A DNA stretch of 63,090 nt, filler included, from Basidiobolus ranarum (lineage: Eukaryota): NCBI GenBank assembly GCA_040143965.1. It is 23 parts of 23 records of this genome, joined end to end, with 100 filler letters (N's around TTAATTAATTAA, not from the genome) between each part and the next. Parts side by side here need not be neighbours in the genome. Positions count along the whole stretch, not along the records: positions 57,722 to 60,356 come from JASJQH010009991.1; positions 60,457 to 63,090 come from JASJQH010009992.1; 21 more parts are not named here. The stretch is one strand, 5' to 3'. Under the pieces are notes generated by a model, which saw only the letters and a program-made list of their open reading frames with translations, did not search any database and was not told where the DNA came from. Positions 58,298-63,090 of this stretch are shown here, piece after piece (within the stretch, counting starts at the first letter, position 1; each line of letters opens with the position of its first letter). Made by a program: the position numbers and the translations under genes.

Positions 58298-60259
58298 ATT
58301 TAGATTGTTGTTTGAATGTTACTCGTTAGGAGCCACTTTTATTATCAAAATTCCAATGTGAATAATACAAAGTTTTAGATGAAAATCACTAAAATCGTTA
58401 CTTTTATCGAAGTTTCCGGGGAGTATACTTCATTGAGGAGTATATATTTATACAATTTGTAGTAGCAATGCTATAAGAATGTGATCAATTCCAATGATTC
58501 GGTCATAAATCCGCTTGCAGTTCTAATAATAGTAGTGAGAGATCCGTTAATAGTGAGACTTTCATTTTGCTAGCATTAGTACGTCATTATGGCAGTATTC
58601 CGAGTTTAATTCATGTCGGAGTGCATGTTTGGGGTGATTTAAAAACAACTTGGTGTATACAACAAAGGAAGATTGGTGCTCACATTTTCAACAGACGAGA
58701 GGATATTCTGGGTCTACTATGCTTGACTATTAGTACTTGTTATTCATTTGAAATATTACTTTAATGAGTACAAGTGAATTTTTCCAGTAAAATAGAAAAA
58801 GTACATGACGAGTGTTGTACTTTCCAAACGAATTAACAAAGTCCATGATACTAACGCAGCAATAGCCAGTTGAGTATTTGGATCATCATTTGAAGGCGAA
58901 GAAATTTTAAGCAAGGTAGTTAGATGAAATATCCTAGTACTGTGATGCTTTTAGCTAGGAACAAGCAAAGTTGGGTAGATTCCATTTGTTCGGTAATGAT
59001 TACTACTTGAAGCAATCTGAATGCAATATTAACCAACAGTGGCAGATCAGCTGATAATAAAGCTCGGGTTTATATGCTCATACATTAGTCACTAGTATAA
59101 AGGTATGACAGTGTTCCGAGTCTGATTCATGTGCACAGATAAAAATTCTATTATACAGTGCTACTTGGGTGAATATATAATCAATAATTGTTGAGTGATC
59201 TATACAAGTATGTATATCCAACTCAGTCTACTTACTTGATTCAGCCAATATTCAATGAGTAAGAACCTGAAAACAAGGACTACTTAGGCTGTAAAAGCTT
59301 AGGGTGGATTGAAGATATCAACACAGACTTGAATTCTTTCACATATATCGCTTTAGTAAAGTGACTATCACTAAACATTCACTCTGAGTGGATCTAATCA
59401 TCATTGCCTTTATTTCACTCTGACTTGATGAAAGTAATCTTATCAAAATCATCGCCAACCGGAGTTTCTAGATAGTATCACCACACTGTTGATTAAAGGA
59501 TGCATTATATATATTATATTATACTACACGTAACGAACGGAACCTTTGAGATACTTTACTACCACTCGGTGGGTTCATTTATTATAGCGTTAAGGGTTTT
59601 ACGATTTACTTTAGTATATTTACCGGGGATCTACTAGTCATGACCGACAGAGGCGGTGAATGGTTGGTAATGTATCTCTTGAAAACTGGATCAATATTCG
59701 ACAAGGCAGTTGGGTCGATAATGAAATCTAACCTCAACCCTGGAATAGTTTTAGGTAACTTCAGCAGCATACCGTAGTAGGGTATGGAATATTATTAAAC
59801 AAAGGATTAGTAGGGTTTACATAGGATTCCATTCATCACGATTAAGAGTTTAAGGTTGATGTCCTGAGGAAGTGTTCTAGATCTCAATCACAAACCTTGT
59901 TTTCTTATTTGGCGATATAAACTGTTCCAACCTTGCTTACTACTTTGGGAACTGATCTCTCCATTCCTGACTAGGTTACTGATCTTTCTAATATTCCGAT
60001 AAGTTTGTTCATTCAGTGGAGATTCTTCGTTCATTCAATAGGGACTCTTGTCGAAATTTTTGCTGTATCGTAATTATCCTCCATTGGACGATGGGTTTTA
60101 GAGTATCTGGGCATTGGTTAAACTTTTGTATTCCAGGCCTGTCTATACTAGTCTAATTTCAATTTGAGAATATGTGATTTCCGTCCAAAGTAATCCGGAT
60201 GCTTGATGGCAACTGCGTATAAATACCGTCCACCTCATTCCAGAAAAGTATACAAAATC

Positions 60260-60356
60260 ATGAAGTTCTCCAATTTACTCACTGCCGTTTTCGCTTTTTC
60301 CGGGGTTGCTGTCTCCTTTGATGCTAATGTACTACTCGCTCTAGTTAACCAACAGC
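60260..60356 (+). CDS. Secreted protein 5' end, probably CAP/SCP (PR-1-like) family
   Basis: MKFSNLLTAVFAFSGVAVS-FDANVLLALVNQQ(R). LxLVNxxR is the first CAP helix. TATAAATA at 60218-60225. Confidence 0.6.
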
Positions 60357-60456
60357 NNNNNNNNNNNNNNNNNNNNNNNNNNNNNNNNNNNNNNNNNNNN
60401 TTAATTAATTAANNNNNNNNNNNNNNNNNNNNNNNNNNNNNNNNNNNNNNNNNNNN

Positions 60457-63090
60457 AGTCAAGAACCTTCAGAGTAACGCCTGGTTTTTGGTTTTTCCAC
60501 CATTGACTCAAATCCAGGTGATTTTGGGCAAGATTCTGCACAGTTTCCAAAATGTTAAACCACTCATTATCAGAGCAAGTGATGGCTGCTCTGACATCAA
60601 AGTCTTTTGGTTTGCTGGTTCTCCAATGAGATTTCTACTTTCATGTGCATAAGAAATTTCAGGTCACTGAGAAGGCTTGATGGTCTGACACATATTCTGC
60701 TCTGCTAGATTGTCACGGCAACGTTCATATGTGTGGTGTGGGATTGATTGAAATCCCATATGAGAATGGATGGAGGGAGCAGCATGTTGCTGTAGCTCAA
60801 GTACAGCATTCTGAAGGTCTTGAATCGTTGTTAAGTGACTCTCTAACTTGTGACTAGTTGCTTCCAAATGCTGCATTAATTGCAATATTGTGGCATTATT
60901 ACTTGTCACGGCCTTTAGAGCTACTTTGTAGTTTTTACTTATGATTGCATACAAATCATTATGGTGTTCCACCCATGATTCCCTTGTTGTAAGAACTCTA
61001 TCCAAAATTTCTGTGGAGGGTTGTTCAATAGTGGGCAAAGTAGCCATTCTGAAAGTTGATGGTCTTGATAGTGCTTTGGTTGACCTTTGCTTAACTATTG
61101 ATTCACAACATGATTGGGGGATTACAATCTCTTCACTTGCACTATCACTGGAAAGGAACACATCTGGTATATTGATTAATGCTTCATTATTACTTATGTT
61201 AGTTTCTGTCATGTTAATGCCTTCCCAAGCGGATGGTGGAATGCTAGACTGCTCATAAATGGGGTCCTCTGTTCTTGCTGGTTTTTCTACTTTCTTGCCA
61301 GCAGGCTTTGGCCTGGAAGCTGATTTTGATTTAGATTTTGAATGCTTTTTGAATGGGATTGAAATTTTCAGATTGTAAACTTGGCACAATGAAATTACAT
61401 AGAAACAGCTTGTAATAAGCCAAAATTGCCATCCGTTACCGGAAATATCTTGTAAATCCTCTGATGACTCATCAACAACACTGTCTCAGAATCAGCTGAT
61501 GATATTGATGGGCTATACCTAAAATACCACCCTTATGTGGGAGGTATTCTTTTTTCCATAATATCCTTCTCATGTTGCTACACAAACCCTTAAAGAAGCC
61601 CTGTTATTATGGTCACATATTCTTGTGCTATGAAAGCCAGAGGTTTCATAGAAAAATAAGTCACAAGCATGGTCACTGTACAAAGCCACCAGGTGCAGAA
61701 AGCCCGGTGAATATCAACATTAATAAGTGCACAAAATTGACTTTAGTTTTGCCCACTGAGTCAACCGACTGTACTTTATCTCAAAGTTTGGGTAACACTG
61801 CCAAAAGTCAAGATACTGTGGAGTTATCACAGTTATATGACCAGAATGATGTAGATAGAAATTAAAATTTGGTTGAACCATTAGTCCAGGCAACTTTGAG
61901 GACATGCTGCAAGATTTTGACCTTGGGTATTCCAGTACTGATGCTAGTATATCAGAAGTTGAAGAAGAAGAAAATGGTTTTGTTACAGACTCTTTGTTAT
62001 TGGCAAGCATTAGCCCACTCATAACACTTACAGTAAAGGAAGCAGCTTTGATTATTGAGCAGTGGAGAGTTCAATCCAATCTTAGCAACCATGTGTTTAT
62101 TGGTTTTCTTACACTTTTACCACAGTTGATTGGTAACTGTTGCTTGCCACAAACCTGGTACAAGTGGAAAGCACTTGTCAATTGTATGCCTTATAATCCT
62201 TCAGTAATTAAACTAACTGCATGTCTGAATGATTGTGTGGTTTTCACTGGTGATCTGAAAAACCTGAAGTCATGTACTGTTTGCATGCAATTGGCAATCA
62301 CTGAATCAATATAATATTGTTCATATTTGGCTTACACACTGTTCTTTCCCATCTTAAAGTTTTGATGAAATCACACAAATATAGGTCATTGATCCAATAC
62401 CAAAGTACTCACCTTAAAGCTGATAGTATTACCAATATACTTGATGGACATCACTACCAGAATCTGAAAAGTCAAGGTTTTTTTGAGAACACATATGATC
62501 AGGCATTTGCATTGGCTCTGGATGGTTTCTTGCTAAAAAAATAATCCATTGAAAAGGCTTGCTGGCCAATAATTTTAATTAACTTAAATCTTCCTCCTTC
62601 CAAACAGTATACGAGCTATGATGTTGTGATAGCATCCATCATATCTGGACCTAAATGACCAGTGCTTATAGATAGCTACTTGGAGCCTTTGATTGTGGAA
62701 TTTGAATGGTTATCTAAAGGGGTTCAGATGAGTGAATATTCTATCAAAGCTTATATCATAGTATGTATTGGTGAAACTCCGGCCATTGGTAAACTTGCAG
62801 ATTTTTGCCAGCACAATCCACCATCTTACTGTACATTTTGTCAGATCTATGGAGTCTACTCAATCAGGCATATGCATTACTATTTTCCAAAGACAAAAGT
62901 AAACTCCATGATGTTACCATCAAGAGCCCATTTGGATTTTGACATAAACACTGATATCAGTTCACCCAATAGTCAGTCTAACATCAAACTTGATATTAGC
63001 CATAAGCCTAAGATTATATTGCTAAAGGGGATCAGCTGGAGCCAGGTCTTCCCATTAGAGAGAATGCAATAACTATAAAACAACCTTCCA
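60457..63090 (+). mobile_element. CACTA/CMC internal fragment: ORF1 (minus, from ~61432) and Transposase_21-type transposase (plus, from 61572), decayed
   Basis: ACLNDCVVFTGDLKNLKSCTVC, AFALALDGF, WPIILINLNLPP, DSYLEPLIVEF, GETPAIGKL, CTFC. Confidence 0.9.

Overview
This window is not a contiguous locus. It is 23 unrelated contigs of 2657 down to 2634 bp, sorted by length and joined by 22 artificial 100-nt spacers (N44-TTAATTAATTAA-N44), so adjacency across spacers means nothing. The DNA is eukaryotic and fungal-like (short GT-AG introns, fungal Ras2/RasB, synaptojanin-like phosphatase, chromovirus). An early-diverging fungus such as Basidiobolus is my guess only. About 15 contigs are decayed, nested, CpG-poor transposon debris: Ty1/copia with at least four LTR families, Ty3/gypsy chromovirus pieces, a CACTA/CMC DNA transposon with CCCTAACAA termini and two divergent ORFs, and a 182-bp MITE with AAT target-site duplications. 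About 8 contigs are CpG-normal genic DNA: a 15-exon synaptojanin-like fragment, a PAP2 phosphatase, fumarylacetoacetase, uL15/RPL28, two tail-to-tail Ras paralogs and many secreted proteins. The most interesting signals are (i) a Ras with a natural Q61H and a rewritten effector loop, (ii) a ~170-bp higher-order repeat array between two divergent secreted-protein genes, one encoding a cationic 6-Cys peptide, (iii) an orphan 445-aa secreted protein with a pore-former-like hydrophobic hairpin behind a duplicated promoter, and (iv) the MITE and CACTA families that can be reconstructed by eye.
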